In this document: positions 1 through 9,910 of the stretch, in pieces
Layout: each line of letters begins with the position of its first letter
How positions within the stretch are numbered: the first letter of the stretch is position 1
DNA from: Candidatus Bathyarchaeia archaeon
GTDB taxonomy: Archaea > Thermoproteota > Bathyarchaeia > Bathyarchaeales > Bathycorpusculaceae
Assembly: GCA_038727135.1 (NCBI GenBank)
Contig: JAVYWL010000001.1
Location: forward strand, 756,021-820,020
DNA: 64,000 bases
Direction: 5' to 3'
Made by a program: the position numbers and the translations under genes
Notes under the pieces: generated by a model
Database searches by the model: none
Told to the model about the DNA's origin: nothing
The model's input: only the letters and a program-made list of their open reading frames with translations

Positions 1-1
1 T

Positions 2-1315
2 GTGCAGGAGGATTTGGACAACCGCCTTTACGAGATTATTGGCACTTTTTCGCGTTTGGGTTTTAGGGCTGACCGTTTCGACCGAATAAAGGACTTCACA
101 AGAACAGTGGCTATTGTTCCTACAAGCGCCAAGACAGGCGAGGGCATAACAGAGCTTTTGGCTGTTCTTGTGGGCTTGACACAGCAGTACCTTAAGAAGC
201 GTTTACAAACCACTGTTGGACCAGCTAAAGGCACGGTTCTCGAAGTTAAAGAGGAGCCTGGGCTTGGCTTGACGCTTAACACAATAATTTATGATGGGAC
301 ACTGCGGAAGGACGACTTGATAGTTGTTGGCGGTAAGGAGAAGCCCATAACAACGCGGGTTAGAGCCATCCTAGTGCCAAAGCCACTAGACGAAATTAGA
401 GATCCAAGGGACAAGTTCTCTTCAGTGGATTCTGTTTCCGCAGCCGCCGGAGTGAAGATTGTTGCCCCAGACTTGGAGGGCGCCTTGGCTGGCGCGCCCT
501 TGTATGCTGTTGGGGATGGCGAAGACCCTGAAAGGTATGTTAGGCTTGTCTCCGAAGAAATTGAGAGGATTAGGATTACGACGGATGTGGATGGCGTTGT
601 TTTGAAGGCTGACACGCTTGGCTCTTTGGAGGCTATAGCGGAAAACCTTAGGCGGAACGGTGTGCCCATCCGTTTGGCAGACGTTGGCGACGTTTCAAAA
701 CGGGATGTTACCGAAGCCTCCATCGTTAAGGAGCATGAACCCTTCTACGGTGTCATTTTAGCCTTCAACGTTAAAGTTTTGCCAGACGCCGAGGAAGAAG
801 CAAAAAACATTGGCGTCCAAATCTTTAAGGAAAAAATAATCTACCACTTGATAGACAATTATCTTTCTTGGCTTAAAACTCAAAGAGAAGCCAAAATTGA
901 AGCTGAATTCGAAAAACTGGTTAAGCCTGGAAAAATCCAGATTTTGGAGGGCTATGTTTTCAGAAGAGCCAAACCAGCCATAGTAGGCGTCGAAGTCCTA
1001 GCTGGAAGAATAAAGCCCAGAACAAGCCTAATAAGGGCTGAGGACGGCGAGGAAGTCGGCGAAATACAGCAAATCCAAGAGAAGGGAAAAGCCCTACCAG
1101 AGGCCAGACAGGGCATGCAAGTAGCCATAAGCCTAGACAAGCCCATGGTTGGAAGGCACATATTCGAAAAGGACATTTTATACGTGAAAGTGCCAGAACA
1201 ACACGCCAAAGCACTGCTCAAAAACTTTATGGACAAACTGACGCCCGACGAGCAAGAAGCCCTCAACGAGTACATCAACCTAATGCGGAAAAAGGTGCCC
1301 TTCTGGGCAACCTAG
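2..1315 (+). CDS. infB: Translation initiation factor IF-2/aIF5B, 5'-truncated by the window edge
   Basis: SAKTGEG G5 motif, KADTLGSLEA and GDVSKRDV domain III motifs, FRRAKPAIVGV domain IV. Confidence 0.95.
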   Translation: MQEDLDNRLYEIIGTFSRLGFRADRFDRIKDFTRTVAIVPTSAKTGEGITELLAVLVGLTQQYLKKRLQTTVGPAKGTVLEVKEEPGLGLTLNTIIYDGTLRKDDLIVVGGKEKPITTRVRAILVPKPLDEIRDPRDKFSSVDSVSAAAGVKIVAPDLEGALAGAPLYAVGDGEDPERYVRLVSEEIERIRITTDVDGVVLKADTLGSLEAIAENLRRNGVPIRLADVGDVSKRDVTEASIVKEHEPFYGVILAFNVKVLPDAEEEAKNIGVQIFKEKIIYHLIDNYLSWLKTQREAKIEAEFEKLVKPGKIQILEGYVFRRAKPAIVGVEVLAGRIKPRTSLIRAEDGEEVGEIQQIQEKGKALPEARQGMQVAISLDKPMVGRHIFEKDILYVKVPEQHAKALLKNFMDKLTPDEQEALNEYINLMRKKVPFWAT

Positions 1316-1331
1316 CCCTTTGAACTCAATT

Positions 1332-2447
1332 TTATGATAGAAGATGTATATTACCTAGGCGTACCCGTTTTAGGTGTTTTTCCGCTGCTTCTAGACATTC
1401 TGTTGCTTGTTTTCTGCTTGTGGTTGGCAAGTCATTCATAACGTAGCATGGGTAAAATGCTAAAAGCGTGTAGGGGATTTCTGGGTTTATTTGGCTTATG
1501 AACTGGGCTATTTTTTCGACTTCTTCTGCGTCCACATATCCTGGCACAAGTAGCGTGCTTGCCGTTAGGACTGGTGGTTCTGGGCGTTTCGCGTAATATT
1601 TTTCGCCTATCATTTGGAAGTTTTCTAGGGATGGTTTGTTGGATACTCCGCATAGGGCTATGGCTAGTGGCTCGCTCCACGCTTTCAAGTCGAATTTTAT
1701 GTTTCCTCCGCTTTTTAGGGCTAGTTCTGCGGCTTTCTCCGCCATTTTTGGGTTCATGTAGCCGTTGGTTTCCCAGCAGACTCGCATTATTCGCTTTTCC
1801 TCTTCGGCTTTTTCTAGGGCTATGCGACTTGCCTCCAGCGAGTGTGGCATCTGCGGGGACGGGTCTCCTCCAAAGTAGCATATGCATGAAACCCTTTTGT
1901 CGAAGGCTTTTTGGGCTAGGGTTTCGGCGCTCATAACTGGCTTGTGTTTGGCTGAAAGATTGCGATAATGCCAGTTTTGGCAGAAGAGGCAGTCGTAACT
2001 GCATGCGCCGTAGAAAACTGCCAAATTGTAATAGCCGTATTCTGGTTCTGGCTTGTAGGCGTATTTCGGATAGCCATTGCCAGTGCATCCTGGACAAAAC
2101 CACCAGCTTACACAGTTGGTGGGCAAGCCATCATAATACCATTCCAAGACGCCTTGTTCTGCTGTTCCGCCGAAACGGACGAGGCGACCGCCAACATTCC
2201 AGACAAGCCCACAAAAGCCGCTTCCACCAACGCCTATGACACAGTTGTTGGCACAAACACCGCATGGAAGTCCGCCCTTATCTCGTGGTGGTTCTGAAGG
2301 TAAACCATAAACGGCTCTGCTCTTGGCATGGGCTTCCCTTGCGGCTTCTAGGGCTTTTTCAGGCTTTTCCCTAATACATTTCAGGCAGACGCCCAAATTC
2401 CCAGAGATTAGTGGCGAACTTTCACCGCAAACCCGACATTTCCCCAT
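1332..2447 (-). CDS. Radical SAM protein (PflX/AmmeMemoRadiSam-like) with N-terminal Cys clusters
   Basis: CSYDCLFC (CxxxCxxC), YFGGDP, ETNG, DLKA motifs; ATG at 2447 preferred over the longer ORF start. Confidence 0.85.
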   Translation of the reverse strand: MGKCRVCGESSPLISGNLGVCLKCIREKPEKALEAAREAHAKSRAVYGLPSEPPRDKGGLPCGVCANNCVIGVGGSGFCGLVWNVGGRLVRFGGTAEQGVLEWYYDGLPTNCVSWWFCPGCTGNGYPKYAYKPEPEYGYYNLAVFYGACSYDCLFCQNWHYRNLSAKHKPVMSAETLAQKAFDKRVSCICYFGGDPSPQMPHSLEASRIALEKAEEEKRIMRVCWETNGYMNPKMAEKAAELALKSGGNIKFDLKAWSEPLAIALCGVSNKPSLENFQMIGEKYYAKRPEPPVLTASTLLVPGYVDAEEVEKIAQFISQINPEIPYTLLAFYPCYVMNDLPTTSRKQATECLEAAEKHLKRVRLGNIHLLS

Positions 2448-2530
2448 CGCAAGCTCAAGAAAACTATTGCTTATCAAACCTAAAAATCTAGAGGGGAAAG
2501 TCCACTATTGGCTTTCCCACAAGCCAAAAA

Positions 2531-2578
2531 CCTAGAGAGGGTATCCAATTTAGCAAAACCCCACAGCCTAAAATTGAC
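2531..2578. repeat. Dispersed 48-bp intergenic motif, copy 1 (CCTAGAGRGGGTATCCAATTTA-N14-CCTAAAATTGAC)
   Basis: Aligns without gaps to 26033-26080. Confidence 0.7.
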
Positions 2579-2593
2579 CGAACAGCCTTCCTT

Positions 2594-2887
2594 TTAGCCG
2601 CCGCCCACTGGTGGTATAATTGCCAAGACGTCGCCATCTGCCAGTTCCGTCTTAAGCCCTTTCATGGTGGAGGCGCTTCTCCCATTTATTAGGAATTGGA
2701 GGAAACCCTTCACATCACCGGTTTTACTATCATAAACGTATTCAACAAAGTCTTTCCCATACTGTTTCGCCAATCTTCCCAGCACTTTTTCCACAGTTAC
2801 GTTTTCCCCGTCTGGAAATTCCAGCGTCTCCTCTCTCTTGCCGGTAATTTCCCGAAGGGTGGTGAAGAAGCGCACCGAAACCCTCAA
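2594..2887 (-). CDS. MoaD/ThiS/SAMP ubiquitin-like sulfur carrier
   Basis: VRFFTTLRE N-terminus, INGR, DGDVLAIIPPVGGG with C-terminal GG. Confidence 0.92.
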   Translation of the reverse strand: MRVSVRFFTTLREITGKREETLEFPDGENVTVEKVLGRLAKQYGKDFVEYVYDSKTGDVKGFLQFLINGRSASTMKGLKTELADGDVLAIIPPVGGG

Positions 2888-2987
2888 GGCTTTTCACCAT
2901 CAACAATGGAATATAAAACATATGGAAAAGCTTTTCCCAAGGCAGAAGCCACTCTTATAGGCAAAACACCACTTAAAGTGCATATCA

Positions 2988-3542
2988 TTGGATATAGCCA
3001 CAATACTGGTCATAGCCGTCGGGCTTGCAATGGACGCCTTCAGCGTCTCCATAGCCTATAGCATAACAGCCAAAGGCAACGGCAAAACCAACGCCTTAAA
3101 GATGGCTTCATCCTTCGGAGCCTTCCAAGCCTTCATGCCAGTAATAGGATGGCTGTTAGGCGTTGAAATCCTAGAGCTTATAGCCGGCTTCGACCACTGG
3201 CTTGCATTTCTTCTCTTAACCCTCATCGGATGCAAAATGATTTATGAAGCAGTAATCGCCAAGCATCAACCAAAAAACAAGAGACTCGACTTTCCCACAC
3301 TTTTATTGTTGTCTATTGCCACAAGCATAGACGCCCTAGCAGTGGGCTTAAGCTTCGCCTTCCTAAAAGTCTCCATAACCACGCCAATAGCCATAATAGG
3401 CACAATAACCTTCACGCTGTGCCTTATAGGCGCAACTATAGGCGACAGGCTCGGAAAGACTTTTTCAGACAAAATTGAAGTTTTAGGTGGACTAATCCTA
3501 ATAGGCATAGGCGCAAAAATCCTCATTGAGCATATGGCTTAA
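2988..3542 (+). CDS. mntP: Manganese efflux pump MntP family
   Basis: LAMDAFSVS and ATSIDALAVG motifs, about six hydrophobic helices. Confidence 0.9.
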   Translation: MDIATILVIAVGLAMDAFSVSIAYSITAKGNGKTNALKMASSFGAFQAFMPVIGWLLGVEILELIAGFDHWLAFLLLTLIGCKMIYEAVIAKHQPKNKRLDFPTLLLLSIATSIDALAVGLSFAFLKVSITTPIAIIGTITFTLCLIGATIGDRLGKTFSDKIEVLGGLILIGIGAKILIEHMA

Positions 3543-3654
3543 GCTTATGCATGTGCTAGGTTAAACTCCAACTTCTTTTTTGGAAAAGTTTATATTTTAC
3601 CGCATTTTTGCTTAACCACGAAACCATTTTAACATTGATTGGAGGAAAAGCTGT

Positions 3655-5307
3655 ATGGCTTACTTAACAACAACAGCTTCAGGTCAGCCCGTCTTAATCC
3701 TAAAAGAGGGGACAGCCCGAAGCCGCGGAAGAGAAGCCCAAAGAAACAACATTATGGCAGCCCGCATTATAGGCGAAGTCCTAAAAACAACACTTGGTCC
3801 CCGCGGCATGGATAAAATGCTTATTGACAGCCTTGGCGACATAACAATAACCAATGATGGCGCCGCAATTTTGGACGAGATTGAGGTGGAGCATCCAGCC
3901 GCCAAAATGATGGTGGAAGTGGCAAAAACCCAAGATGACATGGTGGGCGACGGAACAACAACAGCCGTTGTCTTGGCTGGCGAACTCTTGAAAAAAGCTG
4001 AGGAGCTCCTAGACCAGAACATTCACCCAACAATAATTGTTAGCGGTTATCGAAAAGCCGCTCAAAAGGCTGTGGAGGTGATAAACCGCATAGCCAAGCC
4101 TGTGGACATCGAAGACCGTGAAACCCTCCGAAAGGTGGCTTTAACATCCATGGCAAGCAAAGCCGTTGGTCCAGCCAAAGAACACTTGGCAGAGATAGCC
4201 ATAGACGCCGTAAAACAAATCGTTGAGAAGAGGGGCGATAGGCTGGTTGCGGACATAGATAACATTCAGATAATTAAGAAGACTGGCAAGGGGCTCTTCG
4301 AATCCCAGCTTGTAAGGGGAGTAATAATAGACAAGGAAGTTGTCCACCCGGGAATGCCGAAGAAAATTGAAAATGCAAAAATTGCATTACTAGACTGTCC
4401 ACTGGAGATTGAGAAGACAGAGTTCAGCGCTGAAATACGCATCCGCGATCCATCCCAGATGAAAGCCTTCCTAGACCAGGAAACCCAAATGCTCAAGGAA
4501 ATGGTTGAGAAGATTAAGGCTGCAGGCGCCAACGTTGTCTTCTGTCAAAAGGGCATAGACGACATGGCACAACACTTCCTAGCCAAGGAGGGCATACTAG
4601 CCGCCAGAAGGGTCAAACAGTCAGACATGGAAAAGCTGGCAAGAGCCACAGGCGGAAGAATAGTTACAGACCTAGACGACCTGACACCGCAAGATTTGGG
4701 TACCGCTGGCGTTGTGGAAGAGCGGAAAATCGGCGAGGACAAAATGATATTTGTTGAAGACTGCAAGAACCCGCGTTCTGTTGGCATTCTCATAAGGGCT
4801 GGACTTGAAAGGATGGTGGACGAGGCGGAACGAGCCATGACGGACGCTCTGTCAGTGGTTTCAGACGTAATAGAACACAACAAAATCGTGGCTGGAGGCG
4901 GCGCAGTAGAAGTTGAAATAGCCAAAGAGCTCAGAGACTACGCGGCAAAGGTTGGCGGAAGAGAACAACTAGCCATAGAAGCCTTCGCAGACGCCATAGA
5001 AATAATACCACGAACACTGGCTGAAAACGCTGGGCTAGAACCAATAGACATAATAGTTGAGCTTAGGGCTGCCCACGAAAAAACCGACGGCCACTACATG
5101 GGCGTAAACGTGTTCACAGGGAAAGTCGAAGACATGTACAACAACGGCGTTGTTGAACCAGCCATAGTCAAGGAGCAAGCGGTAAAATCAGCCACAGAAT
5201 CAGCCTCCATGATACTCCGCATAGACGACGTCATAGCTGCATCAAAACCGAAAGAAGAAAAGGAGAAAGAAAAGCCTCCAAGCGAAACCGAAAGCGAAGA
5301 ATTCTAA
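3655..5307 (+). CDS. Thermosome (group II chaperonin) subunit
   Basis: [27 protein letters not shown] motifs; upstream GGAGG. Confidence 0.97.
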   Translation: MAYLTTTASGQPVLILKEGTARSRGREAQRNNIMAARIIGEVLKTTLGPRGMDKMLIDSLGDITITNDGAAILDEIEVEHPAAKMMVEVAKTQDDMVGDGTTTAVVLAGELLKKAEELLDQNIHPTIIVSGYRKAAQKAVEVINRIAKPVDIEDRETLRKVALTSMASKAVGPAKEHLAEIAIDAVKQIVEKRGDRLVADIDNIQIIKKTGKGLFESQLVRGVIIDKEVVHPGMPKKIENAKIALLDCPLEIEKTEFSAEIRIRDPSQMKAFLDQETQMLKEMVEKIKAAGANVVFCQKGIDDMAQHFLAKEGILAARRVKQSDMEKLARATGGRIVTDLDDLTPQDLGTAGVVEERKIGEDKMIFVEDCKNPRSVGILIRAGLERMVDEAERAMTDALSVVSDVIEHNKIVAGGGAVEVEIAKELRDYAAKVGGREQLAIEAFADAIEIIPRTLAENAGLEPIDIIVELRAAHEKTDGHYMGVNVFTGKVEDMYNNGVVEPAIVKEQAVKSATESASMILRIDDVIAASKPKEEKEKEKPPSETESEEF

Positions 5308-5415
5308 ATCACCCAAACTTTTTCTAAACCCTAAAACTGTTTGACTATTGTTTTCCTTAAAACTTTAAAGGAATCTTTTTCCATCATGTTTTGCATTGTT
5401 TGGTTAGTGATTACC

Positions 5416-6345
5416 ATGCCTTTGGTTTGCAGCAAGTGCCGCTTGGCAAGCGCTGAAGTACAGATTCCATACGCCAAGCTAAATCTCTGCCCGGGCTGCT
5501 TCATGGACTTCTATAAAGCCAGAGTGCGGAAAACCGTTGAAGAATTTAAAATGTTTAGGGAAGACGACACTGTTGGCGTAGCCGTTTCAGGCGGAAAGGA
5601 CAGCGCCGCACTCTTGCATGTTTTGCGGCAAGCCTATCCAAGGCTTGGACTTAAAGCCCTACACATAAACTTGGGCATACCAGAATATTCGGCGCATTGT
5701 CAAGAAAAGGTTGAAAAGCTTGCAGACATTTTGGATGTTGAGTTGCATGTTTTCAGCCTTCCAGAAGAGCTGGGCATAAGCATAGGAGACTTTAAGAAAA
5801 CGCCATTCAAAGGGAAAATATGCTCTGCTTGTGGAACAATTAAACGCCGCGTCTTCGAAGAGCTAGCCATAAAAGCCAAAGTTCGGGTTTTGGCAACAGG
5901 CCACAACTTGGAGGACGTTGCAGGCGTGTTGTTTAACAACTTCCTTTACGGACGATGGGAACAGTTCGTGAGGCTTAAACCAGTTCTGCCTCCGCTGGCG
6001 GAGGGCATGGCCTCAAAGGTTAAGCCCCTAATGAAATGTCCGGAAAACGAGAATCTGCTTTACTGCCTTTATGGGGATGTTCCTTTCCGCGAAATTGACT
6101 GCCCTTACGCAACTGGAACCGGCGTGAGGAAAAGAGCAAAAATTCTGGAGTTTTTGTCGAGGGATAACCCATATTTTAGGCATCAACTCTTGAACCGATT
6201 CTTAGAAATCATGCCGCTGGTTGAAAGTGTTACACAAAAGCCTACACTAGGTCGATGTAAGGTTTGTGGTTTCCCCTCGTCCAGCGAAGTTTGTGCCTTC
6301 TGCAGACGCCTAGCCATGGTTAGGGAAGCCGCTGGCAAAGTTTAA
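5416..6345 (+). CDS. TtuA/TtcA/Ncs6-family tRNA thiolation PP-loop ATPase
   Basis: SGGKDS PP-loop, CSAC, TGHNLED, terminal CxxC zinc fingers; ATG at 5416. Confidence 0.88.
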   Translation: MPLVCSKCRLASAEVQIPYAKLNLCPGCFMDFYKARVRKTVEEFKMFREDDTVGVAVSGGKDSAALLHVLRQAYPRLGLKALHINLGIPEYSAHCQEKVEKLADILDVELHVFSLPEELGISIGDFKKTPFKGKICSACGTIKRRVFEELAIKAKVRVLATGHNLEDVAGVLFNNFLYGRWEQFVRLKPVLPPLAEGMASKVKPLMKCPENENLLYCLYGDVPFREIDCPYATGTGVRKRAKILEFLSRDNPYFRHQLLNRFLEIMPLVESVTQKPTLGRCKVCGFPSSSEVCAFCRRLAMVREAAGKV

Positions 6346-6370
6346 GCCTTTAAAGGTTCTAAAAATTATT

Positions 6371-6964
6371 GTGGACCAGATTCCAGAGCATCAACACCTA
6401 TATCTTGTGAAGAATCTTAGGGGAATAATCTACCTTTCAAGAGATGTTTCTCCAGAGAAAGAGGTTGAGTGGCTTAAGAGAAAGTTTAGGTATAGGGAAC
6501 TGGGCGTTTCAGAAACCCTAAAGCTCGAGCTAAAATGGAAGAAGCTCCTAACCCTGCCAAAAATTGTGGATAACCCGGTTTTAGATTCGCTTATACTAGC
6601 CTCCAGCTTTGTGTGCCCATTAATAGTTTTGAAGGAGGAAAGCCTAAAAGACTTCGAAAACGCTGTAGTCGCATCCCTCAAAACAAAGGAGAAGCTTGGA
6701 GACAAGGACCTAAAATTCAATTTAAGGCTTGTAAATTACGCCATAACCGACTTTTACACGAAATCCATAGAGCTTGCACTTCACTCTGATTTGGATGGGC
6801 GGAAAAGGCTTGCTGAAAAAGACTTGAAAAGGTTTTGGAGAATCCCAGAAAATACCAGCGGAAAAACTTTAATTGCCTACATAGACCCGCTTCTGGTTAA
6901 AAGCAACTTGCAAAAGCCAGTATACATGAGCTTGGTTCCAAGTCTAGTTCTTGACTTAAGCTAA
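6371..6964 (+). CDS. Hypothetical protein
   Basis: 197-aa ORF co-directional and 25 bp after the TtuA-like gene; no motif recognised. Confidence 0.6.
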   Translation: MDQIPEHQHLYLVKNLRGIIYLSRDVSPEKEVEWLKRKFRYRELGVSETLKLELKWKKLLTLPKIVDNPVLDSLILASSFVCPLIVLKEESLKDFENAVVASLKTKEKLGDKDLKFNLRLVNYAITDFYTKSIELALHSDLDGRKRLAEKDLKRFWRIPENTSGKTLIAYIDPLLVKSNLQKPVYMSLVPSLVLDLS

Positions 6965-6997
6965 AACGTGTTATGTTTATTCGGAATTCGACCTTAA

Positions 6998-7016
6998 AAT
7001 ATGAATAATTCATATT
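6998..7016. promoter_or_regulatory. Perfect palindrome AATATGAAT-A-ATTCATATT, candidate operator
   Basis: 9-bp inverted repeat with 1-nt spacer in an intergenic region. Confidence 0.4.
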
Positions 7017-7069
7017 GAAAATTCACACAACTTAAGTCTTCTGGCACTAAAATTTCTATTCGGAGAAGA

Positions 7070-7240
7070 ATGCGGGACAGGAAGAGCTTGGGAGAACAAT
7101 ACTATTGTATAATAGAAGTTAGGGTTCCAAGCGGCCCAAAAGGTTGGCAGGAAACCGTTAACGGCAAGATGAGGCAGGTTTTGGAGAAGCTTAAGATCAG
7201 TGTTGAGGAGTTGGGCGGCAAAGTTTACATCAGATATTAA
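7070..7240 (+). CDS. Small hypothetical protein (56 aa, MRDRKSLGEQYYCIIEVRVP...GGKVYIRY), below ORF-track cutoff
   Basis: ATG preceded by GGAGAAG; fills the intergenic gap; stop overlaps the convergent macro-domain stop (TTAA). Confidence 0.5.
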   Translation: MRDRKSLGEQYYCIIEVRVPSGPKGWQETVNGKMRQVLEKLKISVEELGGKVYIRY

Positions 7241-7815
7241 CGTTGGCTATTGAGAATTTCTTTTGCCGCTTCCTTATAAACTTCAAAGTCATGCCTACTG
7301 TAGAGGACAAGCACCACCTCTTCAAGTTTGTCCTCCTTTTCCAAGAACTCTTTGACTGTTTTTAGGGCTACTTTGCAAGCTTGCTCTATAGGGTATCCGT
7401 AGGCACCTGTGCTTATTGATGGAAAGGCTATTGTCTTCAATCCTTTTGAAACGGCTAGTGCCAAAGAGTTGCGGTAGGCTTCAGCCAAAAGTTCTGGCTC
7501 CCCGCTTTTTCCTCCCCGCCAAATCGGTCCAACAGTGTGGATAACATATTTAGCCTTTAAGTTTCCGCCCGTGGTGATTACGGCTTTTCCTGTTGGAAGT
7601 CCGTTGGGCCATTCGGTTGCCCTTATACGTTTGCACTCTTCTAGGATTTTTGGTCCGCCCTTTCTATGGATGGCTCCGTCTACCCCGCCGCCTCCCATGA
7701 GGGATGGGTTTGCAGCGTTTACTATGGCGTCTGTTTCCATTTCTGTTATGTCTCCCTGAACTAGGCACAATTTCGCCTTTCCAATCTGGTATTCGATTTT
7801 CTCCGCCATTGCCAA
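7237..7815 (-). CDS. Macro-domain O-acetyl-ADP-ribose deacetylase (YmdB-like)
   Basis: GDIT, AIVNAAN, GGGGVDGAIH, IHTVGP, FPSISTGAYGYP. Confidence 0.95.
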   Translation of the reverse strand: MAMAEKIEYQIGKAKLCLVQGDITEMETDAIVNAANPSLMGGGGVDGAIHRKGGPKILEECKRIRATEWPNGLPTGKAVITTGGNLKAKYVIHTVGPIWRGGKSGEPELLAEAYRNSLALAVSKGLKTIAFPSISTGAYGYPIEQACKVALKTVKEFLEKEDKLEEVVLVLYSRHDFEVYKEAAKEILNSQR

Positions 7816-7910
7816 CCCTCATTTATTGTACATGGTTGGCTTAGATTTTTAAATGTTTAAGCTTATCAGCAAGCATCGGCATACTAAAATGGCGAGGGAG
7901 TGTCAACAAA

Positions 7911-9284
7911 ATGGATTATGGCAGACTGGAAGAATTCATCTTCGAAAAGCTTTCAAGAACTCATCTTCCCGGACTAAGCTTGGCAATAATTAAAGATAGT
8001 GAATTAGCCTATTGCAGAGGTTTTGGCTTCCGCGACTTGGATTATGGCTTGATGGCTACACCGGAAACCCTATACGGCGTTGGCTCGGTCACGAAGTCTT
8101 TTACGGCTTTGTCCATAATGCAGCTTGCTGAGAAAGGGAAACTAAGCCTAGACGACCCTGTTAAGAAGTATGTTCCAATAGATTTGGAGCCTAAAGGCGG
8201 AAAACCCGTTGAAATTTGGCATCTGCTTTGCCATGCTTCTGGTATACCAGCACTTGCCTATGCTGAAGGCTTAATCCGATATATGACTGGGGCTGGCGGC
8301 AAATGGGTGCTCATCGCCAGCGCGGAAGACCTTTTCACATTCATGCGGGACGCGAACCATTGGGCTTTGGCAGAGCCGGGCGAAAGGTGGTTCTATCTTA
8401 ATGAGGGCTATGTGATTTTGGGCTACATTATCGAAAAGGTTTCCGGCATAAGCTATGACAAGTATGTTAAAGAGAACATACTCAAACCCTTAAAGATGGA
8501 TAGAAGCTTTTTCCGCAGGGAGGATGTGGAGGCAGACGCCAATGTTGCAACCCCATACATAATCACCCGAGACGGAGAGCTCAAAAAGTCCGTATTTCCT
8601 TACGGGATTTACGCGGATGGTGGATTGATAAGCAATGTTGTTGATTTGGCACGCTACATCATTATGTACCTTAACAGAGGAAGATACGATGGAAACGCTC
8701 TTGCCTCTTCAGAGTCCGTTGAGGAGATGGAAAAACCGCGGGTTAAGATGCCGCTTCAAGTTTTCGGCGGAGAATCCTACGGTTATGGATTAAGCGTAAT
8801 CCCGAACTTCTTTGGCTACAAACTCGTTGGACACGGCGGCTCAGTGCTTGTTTATACGGCTTATATAGGCTATGTTCCAGAAAAACGGGTTGGCGTGGCG
8901 CTTTTAGCGAATGGAAGTGGTTATCCGCTATCGCAGATGGGATTGTATGCGCTTGCTCTATTGCTGGACAAAGACCCCGACGAGCTTCCCTTCATCAAAT
9001 ACGAGAAAGTCTACGAGTTGTTAAGCGGTTTATACCAGACATACAAAGGGACTATGGACGCCAAGGTCGTGCCTAAAGGCGGACTTCTCCAAATAGAAAT
9101 TTGCGACAAATACACCGACATGATAATACCATTAATCCCAGAGGACATTGAAGGCGACGTGAAAAGGTTTTATGCCTTGCAAGCTGGCGGGAAACTTCCA
9201 GTAGAGTTCATTGTTGACGGCGACCGTGTCGAGCTTATTTATGAGCGTTATAGACTGAAAAAAGTGGGCAACCTACCACAATAA
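7911..9284 (+). CDS. Serine hydrolase, beta-lactamase/Pab87-type peptidase family
   Basis: SxxK (GSVTKS), YxN (FYLN), HGG motifs plus a C-terminal beta domain. Confidence 0.88.
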   Translation: MDYGRLEEFIFEKLSRTHLPGLSLAIIKDSELAYCRGFGFRDLDYGLMATPETLYGVGSVTKSFTALSIMQLAEKGKLSLDDPVKKYVPIDLEPKGGKPVEIWHLLCHASGIPALAYAEGLIRYMTGAGGKWVLIASAEDLFTFMRDANHWALAEPGERWFYLNEGYVILGYIIEKVSGISYDKYVKENILKPLKMDRSFFRREDVEADANVATPYIITRDGELKKSVFPYGIYADGGLISNVVDLARYIIMYLNRGRYDGNALASSESVEEMEKPRVKMPLQVFGGESYGYGLSVIPNFFGYKLVGHGGSVLVYTAYIGYVPEKRVGVALLANGSGYPLSQMGLYALALLLDKDPDELPFIKYEKVYELLSGLYQTYKGTMDAKVVPKGGLLQIEICDKYTDMIIPLIPEDIEGDVKRFYALQAGGKLPVEFIVDGDRVELIYERYRLKKVGNLPQ

Positions 9285-9896
9285 GGCGGAAACAATAAAC
9301 CATAAGCCAAAAGCCACAAGGACGGCGAAGCAGAAAAGAAAGACCATTGTGAAAACTCTTTCGTTCCAGAAGCGCCTCGACTTGAAAACCGTTACAGAAA
9401 CAAAAGTGTCCCATGCTAAGTCGCATAGCCAATGCACGGTGGCGAAGGCCAACAATCCAGCAGAGCCAAAAATGGAGGCATTCCAAATAAGGGCTGCGCC
9501 AACGGTTGCCCACCAAATGAAAAAGTATGGGTTTGCGCCGGTCGCAATTAAGCCAGCAATAAATGAGGCGTGTCCGGAGTGGCTTATCTCGGCTCTGGCT
9601 TCCCTTCTAGTTTTAAAGGTTTGGAAGCCCATGTAGATAAGCACAGATCCGCCAACAACGCCGATGGTTTTCTGTACAAAAGTTGAGGCGAAAAGCCCTG
9701 AAAGCCCAAAGTATAAGAGCAAGATTAATGGAAACTCCACAGCTCCATGCCCAAGAGCTATTAAGGCACCGGCAACCTTGCTCCTATAACCCCTCGCAAC
9801 AGTTACGGCGAATACTGGTCCGGGCATCATAACTCCTGAAAGGGATATGAAAACCACAGAAGCCAAGAAAAGAGGAAAGTCTGTTATGGGCTCCAT
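9273..9896 (-). CDS. LysE-family translocator
   Basis: MMPGP N-terminal motif, NPYFFIWW, multiple TM helices. Confidence 0.88.
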   Translation of the reverse strand: MEPITDFPLFLASVVFISLSGVMMPGPVFAVTVARGYRSKVAGALIALGHGAVEFPLILLLYFGLSGLFASTFVQKTIGVVGGSVLIYMGFQTFKTRREARAEISHSGHASFIAGLIATGANPYFFIWWATVGAALIWNASIFGSAGLLAFATVHWLCDLAWDTFVSVTVFKSRRFWNERVFTMVFLFCFAVLVAFGLWFIVSALLW

Positions 9897-9910
9897 AAGC
9901 TTTAGCCCAT

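Noticed and set aside
1432-2297. Long alternative-frame and antisense ORFs over the radical SAM gene, and similar shadows over smc, alaS and thermosome
   Set aside because: No motifs; explained by codon bias of the real gene
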